Assembly (NCBI GenBank): GCA_041946805.1
Contig: JBHGBC010000017.1
Span: 1-54,913 of the forward strand
Length of the DNA: 54,913 nt
Direction: 5' to 3'
From: a bacterium
GTDB lineage: Bacteria > Hinthialibacterota > Hinthialibacteria > Hinthialibacterales > Hinthialibacteraceae
The notes under the pieces are model-generated. The model saw nothing but the letters and a program-made list of their open reading frames with translations. It was not told where the DNA came from and did no database searches. This document shows positions 9,019 to 18,057 of this stretch, piece by piece. How positions within the stretch are numbered: the stretch's first letter is position 1; every line of letters begins with the position of its first letter. The position numbers and the translations under genes are program-made.

Positions 9019-10995
9019 TCACGGCGTTTCCCCGCCAACTGTTGTCTTGAAATCTTTCGTGTTCACATATTTCGGATTGATTTGTTTATTCAGTGTTTCG
9101 ATTTTCCGCCGGATTTCCGAGGAATCCTTACCGGTTCGGTCATAATAATCCGCCAAGGCCGTCCATCCCATGGTATCGTTGGGATAGTATTTCACCGCCA
9201 ACTGGAGGGATTCGAGCGCTTTGTCATTTTCGTTGGACAGAAGGTACAAGGTGGCCTGGTTGACCAAGGATTCCAAGTGCCAGGGAGAGATCCGCAAGGT
9301 TTTTTGAACAACCGCCATGGCCTCTTCCCACCGGCTTTGCTTCATATAGGCATATTGCAACGTGGCGAGGTAGGTCGTGGATTCCGGGTGGATCGAAACG
9401 TGCGATTCCGCCATCCGGGTGGCCCGGTTGAGGTCGATGTTGTGGATCAACATGAAACGGATGAGAAAATCCAGCCGTTCGCCGCTGATGACCTTGTGCT
9501 GTTGGATTTTCTCCCAGTCGATGCGCTTGAAGGCTTCGACTGCTTCCTCGTTCCGGCCCTCTTCCGCCAGTTTGTAAATCAAACTGTGGAAGGGAGACAG
9601 GCTGTCGGGCGAATAATTCACTTCCCGGTACCAAAACTGGACCGGATCCCGGTAGTCCATGTTTCTACGAACCGTAAGGTACGCAAAAAGAAGCACGAAC
9701 ACGGCTAGAAGCGCCGCGGTCCGCCGGATTACGAGAGAATTCCGGCTGAGGAGAAGCGGCAAAGCCGCCGATTCCACAATCAGCCCCAGGCCGATAAGGG
9801 GCAAATAGATCCGGCGTTCGGCCACCAGGTCCCACAAGGGAATGAACGACGAAGTGGGGGCCAGGGTGACAAAGAACCAGAGAATGCCGAATCCAATTTC
9901 CGGCCGCTTTCTTAAGCTATAAATCCCTGTTCCAACAATAGATAGGATAACCGCGAAGGAAAAATACAATCGTGGATCGGTCCAACTATCGACGGTTGGA
10001 AAACTGGGCGCGAAAAGCAGTTTGAAGGGCAAAACGACCCGGGGGAGGTAATAGAAAACCATGATGCAGATCTGAGTCAGGAAATTTTCCATCGGGGAAC
10101 GGGCTTGGACGTCGGAGAATCCAAACACGGCGCCCAGCACCATGATCCGGTAGGTCAGATATCCCGTGACCGCCGCGATCATGGGCAGGCAGTAAAGAAA
10201 GGATCGGAAGGTGATTGTTCGTAGCGGCTCTTTCCGCCAAAAGAGCACAAGCTGAAGAAGCACCACCGCGGGCAGGGTGATGATAATCTCCTTGCAGCCC
10301 AGGCCGGCCGCGGTGAACGCGCCCGTGCCCAGGGATAACCCGAATAACTGCATTGCCAGCCGCCACCTGCCCCGGGTTTTACCCCGCTCCGCGCGGCTGA
10401 GCATCTTGCAGGCCAGGATCACACCCAGGAGGAAAAACACCGTGGCCATGATGTCCGCCCGGGCGACCAAATAGGTGGTGGGTTGGGTGTTGATGGGATG
10501 GATACCGAAAAAGGCGGCGGCGAGGATGCCAAAATAGGGAGAGAGAGGATGATGGGAAGAATCGGGGTAATAGAACAGGCGCCAAAGATTCTTTACACAA
10601 ATCCACGTCAATCCCGTGGCCAGCAGATGCCAGGCGATGTTGACCAGGTGCATGACCGCGAGGTTGTCCGGGAAGAGATGCCAATCCAACGCGAACGAAA
10701 TCTGTACGAGTCCCCGGTTGACGAGATAATCCTTGACCACATACCGCAAGTTGGCGAGATCCGTCACCTGGGGGTTCATGAAGATGGCGATGTAATCGTC
10801 CATGTAAGGCGGAACGTCGAGGGAGGGAATGTAGAGCAGAAAGATGACAAAAAGGATGAGAATTATCAGGAAAAAGGGATGTTGCAGGATTCTGAGCCCA
10901 ACCGGCGCTTTTTCTACGCCGATTTGATTCATCGACAGCGGTATAATCGCGGGGGATGCCTGATTTTTGTATTTTGATTTTCTCGAGCGTGCCAT
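9019..10995 (-). CDS. TMTC-like GT-C membrane glycosyltransferase with C-terminal TPR repeats
   Basis: YMDDYIAIFMNP acidic loop after TM1, MHLVNIAWHL, FGIHPINTQPTTYLVARAD, CKE, VAERRIYLP, RNMDYRD, then TPR-like helices. Confidence 0.85.
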   Translation of the reverse strand: MARSRKSKYKNQASPAIIPLSMNQIGVEKAPVGLRILQHPFFLIILILFVIFLLYIPSLDVPPYMDDYIAIFMNPQVTDLANLRYVVKDYLVNRGLVQISFALDWHLFPDNLAVMHLVNIAWHLLATGLTWICVKNLWRLFYYPDSSHHPLSPYFGILAAAFFGIHPINTQPTTYLVARADIMATVFFLLGVILACKMLSRAERGKTRGRWRLAMQLFGLSLGTGAFTAAGLGCKEIIITLPAVVLLQLVLFWRKEPLRTITFRSFLYCLPMIAAVTGYLTYRIMVLGAVFGFSDVQARSPMENFLTQICIMVFYYLPRVVLPFKLLFAPSFPTVDSWTDPRLYFSFAVILSIVGTGIYSLRKRPEIGFGILWFFVTLAPTSSFIPLWDLVAERRIYLPLIGLGLIVESAALPLLLSRNSLVIRRTAALLAVFVLLFAYLTVRRNMDYRDPVQFWYREVNYSPDSLSPFHSLIYKLAEEGRNEEAVEAFKRIDWEKIQQHKVISGERLDFLIRFMLIHNIDLNRATRMAESHVSIHPESTTYLATLQYAYMKQSRWEEAMAVVQKTLRISPWHLESLVNQATLYLLSNENDKALESLQLAVKYYPNDTMGWTALADYYDRTGKDSSEIRRKIETLNKQINPKYVNTKDFKTTVGGETP

Positions 10996-11127
10996 TCCCG
11001 TATTAAAACCCTGAAAGGAAGATTATGAAATAGATCAGGGCGCAGTTCTTGGGATTGCGTGATCAATAATAGCAACTATTTACTCGATTGCGGAGAAAGG
11101 ATCTATTTCGCCCTATCCGGGCTTCGA

Positions 11128-11400
11128 TCACCCAGGCCCTCTCCCAGAGGGAGAGGGGATTTAGGGTCGCTTTCCCCAACCTGTCAAATCGATGTCCGGT
11201 CTCGCTCCCGGAAAATTGTACGCACTTATCGGATGAACCGAAAATAATCCTCCCACATTCGGGACTGAATTGGATCCAGGAGTCTTCCGAGGATGTCATC
11301 CCGGCGAAAGCAGGGATCCAGAAAAAGCATTTGAGATCCGCAACGAAATCGTAGGTTCTCGTCTACGGCTATTCACATTCTCCCCTGCGGGGATGACATC
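11128..11400. repeat. REP-like cluster including a 109-bp unit with 11-bp terminal inverted repeats
   Basis: CCCTCTCCCAGAGGGAGAGGG hairpin within 11128-11159; GATGTCATCCC (11292-11302) ... GGGATGACATC (11390-11400). Confidence 0.75.
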
Positions 11401-11412
11401 TTTGACACTTCC

Positions 11413-12861
11413 TCACGCCTTGAAACTGGGAACCATGGCCGCCCCGGTTTGCTTCATCAATTCCCGCAAGCGGTTCTCCATCTCCCGCCGGATCTCGAAA
11501 TACGCCGGATCGTCGATATGGTTGTGCATTTCGTGGGGATCGGTCTCCAGGTCATACAGTTCGTCCAAATCGAATATCCCATGATAATTCATATACTTAT
11601 ACCGTTCCGTGCGCACGCCGAAGACCGTTGGGGTTTGGGGAAACGCCCGTTCCCAGAAATATTCATACAGCATGGCCTCGCGCCAGGGAACATCGTTTCC
11701 TTGAAGCAGGGGAAGAAATGACTGACCCTGGACGGTTCCGGGAACCGGAGCCCCCGCGGCTTCGAGAATCGTGGGGGCGATGTCGATGTTCAGCGCGATC
11801 CGGCCGATCCTCCGCCCGGGCGGAATGAGCTCCGGGCAGTAGGCCAACAAAGGAACGCGGATGGATTCCTCGTACATGCAGCGCTTGTCGATCAATCCAT
11901 GCTCCCCATGCAAGAAGCCGTTGTCGCTCATGAAAAGAATCAGGGTTGATTCAAGCAAGCCTTTTTGCTTCAAGGTATCCAGAATCCGGCCGACGCTGTC
12001 GTCCACGGCCAGCAGGGTGCGGTGGTAATCGAGCAGAAATCGGTCGAAGCAGGTGCTGTCGTGGTACATGTAATCCACGCCGTGCCAGCTGTGCCGCTGC
12101 CGCTTGACCCAAAGCGGCTTGCCCCGGTAGTTCTCCTCGGTATTCGCCATGGAGGCGGGATAGGTGATGTTCACATCCGCCAAGGCGTCCTTATGCCGCG
12201 CGGCGGGGTAGAACTCCGCGTGCACGGCCTTGTGGCCCAGATAGAGAAAGAAGGGTTGGGCGTGATCCTGCTCGAGGAACTCGACGGCGTAATCGGTCAG
12301 CAGGTCGGTCATGTACCCTTCCCGCTTGACGCTTTGGCCGTTGATGTTGAAGGTGGGATTGTTGTAAACGCCCTGGCCCCGGAAGCTGATCCAATGGTCG
12401 AATCCCGGCCGGGGCTGGTCGGTGCCGCCGCCCATGTGCCATTTGCCGATATACGCGGTTCGATAGCCGTGTTTTTGCAATTCGATGGGAAAGATGGGCG
12501 TCTCCGCGGGCAGCAGGGTGGAGTTGTCGAGCACTCCATGCGTGTGAGCGTACTGCCCACTGAGGATACTGGCCCGGCTGGGGGAACACAGGGAGGTGGT
12601 GACATACGCGTGTTCGAACAGCACGCCTTCGTTCGCCAAGCGGTCCAGGTTGGGAGTATGGATGAAGGGATGCCCCATGCAACTGAGGGAATCGAAGCGC
12701 ATGTCGTCGATCAAGATAAAGATCATGTTGCGCCGCTGGGAAGAAGGGGCCGCGAAGGAGGCCGGAAGAGCATTCGCAAAGGGAAGGCTAAGTCCCGTGG
12801 CGGCAGCGGTTTGTAGAAATTTCCGGCGATTGGGATATGGATTGGAATTTGGATTGTTCAT
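11413..12861 (-). CDS. Cys-type sulfatase with Tat signal peptide
   Basis: NRRKFLQ twin-arginine leader; FILIDD, LCSPSRASILSG (CxPxR), GKWHMG, SDNG, DKRCMYEESIRVP. Confidence 0.95.
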   Translation of the reverse strand: MNNPNSNPYPNRRKFLQTAAATGLSLPFANALPASFAAPSSQRRNMIFILIDDMRFDSLSCMGHPFIHTPNLDRLANEGVLFEHAYVTTSLCSPSRASILSGQYAHTHGVLDNSTLLPAETPIFPIELQKHGYRTAYIGKWHMGGGTDQPRPGFDHWISFRGQGVYNNPTFNINGQSVKREGYMTDLLTDYAVEFLEQDHAQPFFLYLGHKAVHAEFYPAARHKDALADVNITYPASMANTEENYRGKPLWVKRQRHSWHGVDYMYHDSTCFDRFLLDYHRTLLAVDDSVGRILDTLKQKGLLESTLILFMSDNGFLHGEHGLIDKRCMYEESIRVPLLAYCPELIPPGRRIGRIALNIDIAPTILEAAGAPVPGTVQGQSFLPLLQGNDVPWREAMLYEYFWERAFPQTPTVFGVRTERYKYMNYHGIFDLDELYDLETDPHEMHNHIDDPAYFEIRREMENRLRELMKQTGAAMVPSFKA

Positions 12862-12873
12862 GATTCTCCCTCG

Positions 12874-13614
12874 TCATTCCATGTTATTGACCAGTTCCCA
12901 CCGTTGCTGTGCGTCGTTCAATTCCCGGGGTGAGGCGCCCAGGGCGCGGATGATTTCCGCCGCCATGATTCGGTTTCCCCGGGGATTCATGTGCACGCCG
13001 TCCGTGGTCAACAAGTTCTCCTCGTTCCGTTTTTGTTTATACCACTCTTCCATGGTTTGATTGAGGTCGCACAGCAGCAAGTTCTTCTCCCGGGCCAGGC
13101 GGCGTAGGAAATCGTTGTAGGCGTGCAGTTTCTGGTTTTCGGGGCTGTCCAGCTGTTCGAAAATCGGCGTGGCGGTCAGCAGCAGCACCCGGGCGCCTGC
13201 CTGGAGGCAACGGTCCACCATTTCGGTCATGTTTTTCTGGTACTCCTCGAGCGGGACGCCTGCATGATTGGGGAGAAACTGGTGCCAGACATCGTTCACG
13301 CCGCAGGAGATGCTGACCCAGGCGGGTTTATGGTTCAAAACATCCTTTTGCAGGCGGGCCAGCATGTCGCTCGACTTATGCCCGCCGATGCCCGCGTTGA
13401 TGACTTTGACCTCGTACCCGTTGATCCCGCAGAACAGCTGGAAAAGAGACACATAGCCTTCGGGCTGGGCGCCCGCCTCGGTAATGCTGTCGCCTAGAAA
13501 TACAATAGTATCACCGTCCTTGAGCAGAAATCCCGGAGAGGCGGCGGATTGGGGGATTCCAGTGTAAATAAATATTACACATACCAGAAATGATCCTTGA
13601 ATCGTAAGGTTCAT
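12874..13614 (-). CDS. SGNH/GDSL hydrolase, probably exported
   Basis: FLGDSIT, NAGIGG, CGVNDV, DGVHMN blocks; hydrophobic N-terminus. Confidence 0.92.
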   Translation of the reverse strand: MNLTIQGSFLVCVIFIYTGIPQSAASPGFLLKDGDTIVFLGDSITEAGAQPEGYVSLFQLFCGINGYEVKVINAGIGGHKSSDMLARLQKDVLNHKPAWVSISCGVNDVWHQFLPNHAGVPLEEYQKNMTEMVDRCLQAGARVLLLTATPIFEQLDSPENQKLHAYNDFLRRLAREKNLLLCDLNQTMEEWYKQKRNEENLLTTDGVHMNPRGNRIMAAEIIRALGASPRELNDAQQRWELVNNME

Positions 13615-14279
13615 GATCCATTTCTCCTACTAATTCCATGCCCGGGAACGGGCTGGGTGTGATATGTTCACCATAACATAAAACGTCCCGGGATAGAAAT
13701 GGCCAAAGATATTAAATATCCTGTAAGGAAGGGTAATATTTCATTTTTTTGAGGGGTGGAGAAGGGAAACGCGGTATTCGCGTGACAAATTTATTTGATG
13801 GTTTTGGGAGGCCATGATATAGTTTGTGCGGCTGGGAGCCGGTCCGAAATGAAAAGAGGTACAAGATGTTGATTTTTGGGAAGATGCGGATAAGGCATCC
13901 CCGGATGGCATGGCATCGGTTGCTGATTGAGAGAAGATGACCGCGAATCCTTTTTCGAAACTTCTTGTGTTTTTTCCAGGTGGAATCGGAGTCTTGGGGT
14001 GGATAAATCATTCGCTTGTTTTACACTTTTCCCGAGGGAAATGGGGAAAGATGGACATGCGGTGAAGTCCAATACCAAAACGGGGAGCTTGCCAAAATTT
14101 AATGCCTGGGAAGTAAATAAACAGGGGGATTGCGTATCCTCCGGCCGCTTCGTCATCAGAAGTGTGAGCCGATGGTGCGGGAAATGAAAAGATACGATAT
14201 ATTGAGCGAAGAACGCGGCGGGAGACGGGGCCTCCCCACGGGCAGCCCCGCCAATTGGATCCCGCAAAGGTTTGGAATC

Positions 14280-15092
14280 ATGAGCGACATCCACACAAAA
14301 GCACCGGACGCCACCGGCCGTACCACCCGCGCGGCGGGTTATTCCATGATCGAAATCCTGATGGTCATCGGGATCATCGGCATTCTCGTGAGTTTGGGAA
14401 CCGCGGGATACATGACCCAAATGTCGAGCAGCCGGGTGGAATCGGGCATCCAGATCCTGGACGCCAGCCTCCGGCAGGCCCGCCAAAGCGCCATCGCCAT
14501 GCGGCGCGCGCGGCGGGTGGTGATCGACGCCGGGCGGCTGGAAGGCTTCGTGGATAATAAAATGAATGGGATACGGGTAGCCCGGGCGGCGGTCTGGGTG
14601 GAAGGGAAAGTGTGCGAGGAGTATCCCTTCGACACGGGCTGTTGGTGCTCCGATCCCACCGGCAAAACCAGCAACGCCTATCCGGTGGGTGACACGGCGT
14701 ATTTCCCGGACGGCATCATGGTGGCGGACGTGGACGGCCGCATCCCGGGATTGGATGGCAACTCCCAAGTGTTTTGCATCGAATTCAACGCGCGCGGGTC
14801 CATCGCCAAGGTGTATTTCCAAGGGGAGGAAGCGGCCACGACGTATAATGCCATCGCCCCCGTCATTCATCTGGCGCGGGACAGTGAAGTGTTCTCCGTG
14901 GCCGGCCAGACCGGGGATTACAAGTTCGCCAGCGGCAAGGCCGGATCCAAAAGTTTGCAGTGGGGGGCCGAGGACGCGAACGAACGGTACAAGGTGCAAA
15001 CCATCGAGGTGGTGCGGCTGACCGGCCGGACCCGCAGTTACAATTACGCCATCCTCAATCCTTGGCCCTTGGATGAGTGGAAGCAGCCATAA
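14280..15092 (+). CDS. GspH/FimT-like minor (pseudo)pilin
   Basis: Class III signal AAG|YSMIEILMVIGIIGILVSLG (Glu+5); LRQARQSAIAMRRARRVVI and IEFNARGS are typical of GspH/FimT. ATG 14280 preferred. Confidence 0.8.
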   Translation: MSDIHTKAPDATGRTTRAAGYSMIEILMVIGIIGILVSLGTAGYMTQMSSSRVESGIQILDASLRQARQSAIAMRRARRVVIDAGRLEGFVDNKMNGIRVARAAVWVEGKVCEEYPFDTGCWCSDPTGKTSNAYPVGDTAYFPDGIMVADVDGRIPGLDGNSQVFCIEFNARGSIAKVYFQGEEAATTYNAIAPVIHLARDSEVFSVAGQTGDYKFASGKAGSKSLQWGAEDANERYKVQTIEVVRLTGRTRSYNYAILNPWPLDEWKQP

Positions 15093-15121
15093 CACCAGGA
15101 AATGGAAACCGGGAGCGAATC

Positions 15122-16639
15122 ATGAGGCACGGTTCATTTAATTCACTGCATAGAAAAACCCGCTCGGCGGGCTTCACGCTGCTGGAGGTCATCATCGCCG
15201 CCGCGATCCTGGGGCTGGGTCTGCTCTCCATCGTCCAGGTGTTTCCTTATGGAATCCAGGTCAGCCAACGGTCGGAAGATCTGACCCAGGCCACCTTGTT
15301 GGCCCAAACCGTCTTCGAAGGCCTGAAGGTGGATCCGGTCAACTACCCCATTATCCCCGGCGCCCCGAACCTGATCGTTCCTATTCCCGGCAACGGTTAC
15401 GACGACGACGAGAACGACAGCACGTTCAACCAGGAACGGTTCTTCAACCGCCGCAATCCGAATGATTTCAACAGCAACAAGGTTCCCGACCTGAATTACG
15501 ACGGCATGCCGGAAGCGGACGGCGTGCGCTACCCCGGCATGACGCTCCGCCCCAACGGTCAGGATGACGACGGCGACGGCATCGCGGACGATGACGGCGA
15601 CAGCGGCACATCCTCGAGCGTGGTGTCCCGGGCCTTCACCCTGCGCGCCGCGGACGGGGACTATTTCTATGATCCCGAGCCGAATATCGACGAGGAATAC
15701 CCCAACGGCATCGACGACGACCGCGACGGCTTGATCGACGAGGACACCCGCCTGGCGTCGGCCCGGGTCCTGGGATCCAATTTCATGCTCCCGCTCCTGG
15801 CGGGTGACGGGATGGACAACGACGGGGACGGCGAATTCGATCCCAACCGGCCGGGACAACTGGCGGTTGCCGACGGGATCGACAATAACGGGGACGGGCG
15901 CATCGACGAGGGGATCGACGAGGAGATCTGGGACGGCAAGGACAACGACGGCGACGGCATGATCGACGAGGATTGCACCCTGGCCGCCTTTCCCTACGGC
16001 CCGTGCCGCTTTCCGGCTCCCTATAACCGCTTCGCGTGGCAGATCCGGGTGGGGCGCGTGCCGGACAACGGCCAATACGGCCTGGTGGACATGAACGGCG
16101 ACGGCGTGCCCGAGCTGGGAGACGGTATCGACAACGACGGGGATGGATTTATCGACGAGGAATTGCCGGACGGCCTGGATTTCGATTTCCCCATCCGGCC
16201 GGCCGTGCGCGGCGGGCTGGCGTTCCTGCGCGCCTATACGCAGGCGCCTCATCAGGACGGCCTGGTGGATGAAGACACGGTCTATGCCCCGCTGCCCAAC
16301 TGGCGGAGGGTGGAAATCGTCATCACCTGGGGGGGGGACGGGGTGGACAACGATAATGACCTCAAGCGGGTCGATCCGCAGTCCAAGGCGGTCCTGGGAT
16401 CGGACGATCCCCGCGTGGTCCGCCGGCAACGGGTCACCTACGGCGCGGCGGAATGGGGGATCGATGAAGAAAAAGAAGACGGGATCGACAACGACCGGGA
16501 TGGATCGATCGACGAAGATACCTATAAATATGAATACAAACTGACCGGCTTCATCAATCTGGAGAATCCCTCCCAATCCTTCACGTGGATTGGCGGCCAG
16601 CCGCGGGGACTCCTGACCGGACCCCAGGTATCGCAATGA
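15122..16639 (+). CDS. GspI/PilV-like minor (pseudo)pilin expanded by Asp-rich repeats
   Basis: SAG|FTLLEVIIAAAILGLGLL; TQATLLAQTVFE; core strands FAWQIRV, WRRVEIVITW, YEYKLTGFI; seven full (D/N)GxD(N/D)(D/N)xDGxxD repeats plus degenerate ones. Confidence 0.8.
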   Translation: MRHGSFNSLHRKTRSAGFTLLEVIIAAAILGLGLLSIVQVFPYGIQVSQRSEDLTQATLLAQTVFEGLKVDPVNYPIIPGAPNLIVPIPGNGYDDDENDSTFNQERFFNRRNPNDFNSNKVPDLNYDGMPEADGVRYPGMTLRPNGQDDDGDGIADDDGDSGTSSSVVSRAFTLRAADGDYFYDPEPNIDEEYPNGIDDDRDGLIDEDTRLASARVLGSNFMLPLLAGDGMDNDGDGEFDPNRPGQLAVADGIDNNGDGRIDEGIDEEIWDGKDNDGDGMIDEDCTLAAFPYGPCRFPAPYNRFAWQIRVGRVPDNGQYGLVDMNGDGVPELGDGIDNDGDGFIDEELPDGLDFDFPIRPAVRGGLAFLRAYTQAPHQDGLVDEDTVYAPLPNWRRVEIVITWGGDGVDNDNDLKRVDPQSKAVLGSDDPRVVRRQRVTYGAAEWGIDEEKEDGIDNDRDGSIDEDTYKYEYKLTGFINLENPSQSFTWIGGQPRGLLTGPQVSQ

Positions 16640-16687
16640 TCCGGCCCCCCGCCGAGCGGCGCGAAGAGCCGATGAGGAACAGGAACC

Positions 16688-18022
16688 ATGGTAAGCAAAA
16701 CCGACATCCGTAACCACCCAATCCCGGGCGCGGCCCGCTGGGCCTTCACGCTGGTCGAGTTGATGGTCTCGATCGCCGTGATCAGTATCCTGGCCGGGCT
16801 GGCAGCCCAATCGTTCCGTGCGGTGATGACGTCCCGCGAAATCGCGATGAGACGCCTGGAGATCAACGAAACCGGCCGGTCGGTGCTGGATTACATGGCC
16901 ACCGAATTGAAATCCGCCTACCTGACTCCCGATTCCGTCAAGCCGGTCACCCAGGAACGCAATCCGCAACCGCAGGATGTTCCCCGCTTCCGGTTCGTGG
17001 GCATCAACCGGGACGTGGTGGTGGAACCGGACTCGGGGACGCCGGGGGCGGGCGTGGATGACGACGGCGACGGCCTGGTCGATGAAGAGGTGCTGGACGG
17101 AGTGGACGGCGATTACGCCAATGGGGGTAAGGACGCCCTCCGGAACGGCCGCCCGGTCCCGGATCCCCTGGGGTGTGAACCGGGCGACTGGGCTTGCATC
17201 GACGAAGACATCGGCCTGTATCCCAGCGACCTGCTGCATTTCGTAAGCGCCGTGGAGAGTTCCGGCGACCTGATCCTCCAGGAAATTTCGTACGGCCTGG
17301 ATTCCAGCGGGACCAAACTGATCCGCCGGGCCCAGGTCCTTGACCTTACCGGAACCGGCCCCCAGGACCGGCAGAAATTGTTGGATTTCGGGCAATTCAT
17401 CGACACGCAGACCCGGTTGGCCCTGGTTCCCCCGCCGGTGGCCGCAGGGATTCCCATGCCCCGCGCCCAGGTGGTCAAGGCCATCCAAAACTGGGATACC
17501 GGCTCGAAGTACGGCTGGCTCGTATCGCAAAACGTGCAGGACAACCAGAATCCCGGCAAATTGTTTCAGGTCCTGGCTTATGATGTGCGCGGCCTGCGGC
17601 TGCGGTATTGGTATTACGATTACAACCGGGGCGGCTGGCGGGTCACGCCGGAATGGGATTCGGCCCGCGAAACGGCGTTGATGGCGCCCAATGAATTGCT
17701 TTTCAACTTGCCGGCCGCCAACAACAGCGTGGAAGGCAACTCCCTGGTCAGTTTCGCCAATCTCATCGTCAACGAGCCGGACGACGCGTATCCCCGGCTG
17801 CCGGGCTTCCCGCTGCGTTTTCTGGAGACCAATCCCAAGCGCCTCCTGAGCGGGCAGGAATATTACGATGTCCGCAACCGGATCCTGGCGCGAACGGACG
17901 GTCTGCCCAACATGGTGGAAATCACGATCTACGTGCAAGATCAGGCGCGGAACATGAATCCCCGGCCCTTTACCACCCGGGTTTTCGTCCCGAACAACTA
18001 TCGAAGCATCGCGAACCTGTAA
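16688..18022 (+). CDS. GspJ/PilW-like minor (pseudo)pilin
   Basis: WA|FTLVELMVSIAVISIL; RSVLDYMATELKSA; GLRLRYWYYD..WRVTPEWDS, GLPNMVEITIYV, FTTRVFVP; one GVDDDGDGLVDEE repeat; GAGGA/AGGA RBS upstream. Confidence 0.8.
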   Translation: MVSKTDIRNHPIPGAARWAFTLVELMVSIAVISILAGLAAQSFRAVMTSREIAMRRLEINETGRSVLDYMATELKSAYLTPDSVKPVTQERNPQPQDVPRFRFVGINRDVVVEPDSGTPGAGVDDDGDGLVDEEVLDGVDGDYANGGKDALRNGRPVPDPLGCEPGDWACIDEDIGLYPSDLLHFVSAVESSGDLILQEISYGLDSSGTKLIRRAQVLDLTGTGPQDRQKLLDFGQFIDTQTRLALVPPPVAAGIPMPRAQVVKAIQNWDTGSKYGWLVSQNVQDNQNPGKLFQVLAYDVRGLRLRYWYYDYNRGGWRVTPEWDSARETALMAPNELLFNLPAANNSVEGNSLVSFANLIVNEPDDAYPRLPGFPLRFLETNPKRLLSGQEYYDVRNRILARTDGLPNMVEITIYVQDQARNMNPRPFTTRVFVPNNYRSIANL

Positions 18023-18057
18023 TCCGCGAACGTGAACGCGTGGCGCAGAGTTGAATC

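Noticed and set aside
13906..13924. TGGCATGGCATCGGTTGCT as a sigma54 promoter for the pilin operon
   Set aside because: GG-to-GC spacing is 13 or 8 nt, not the required 10.
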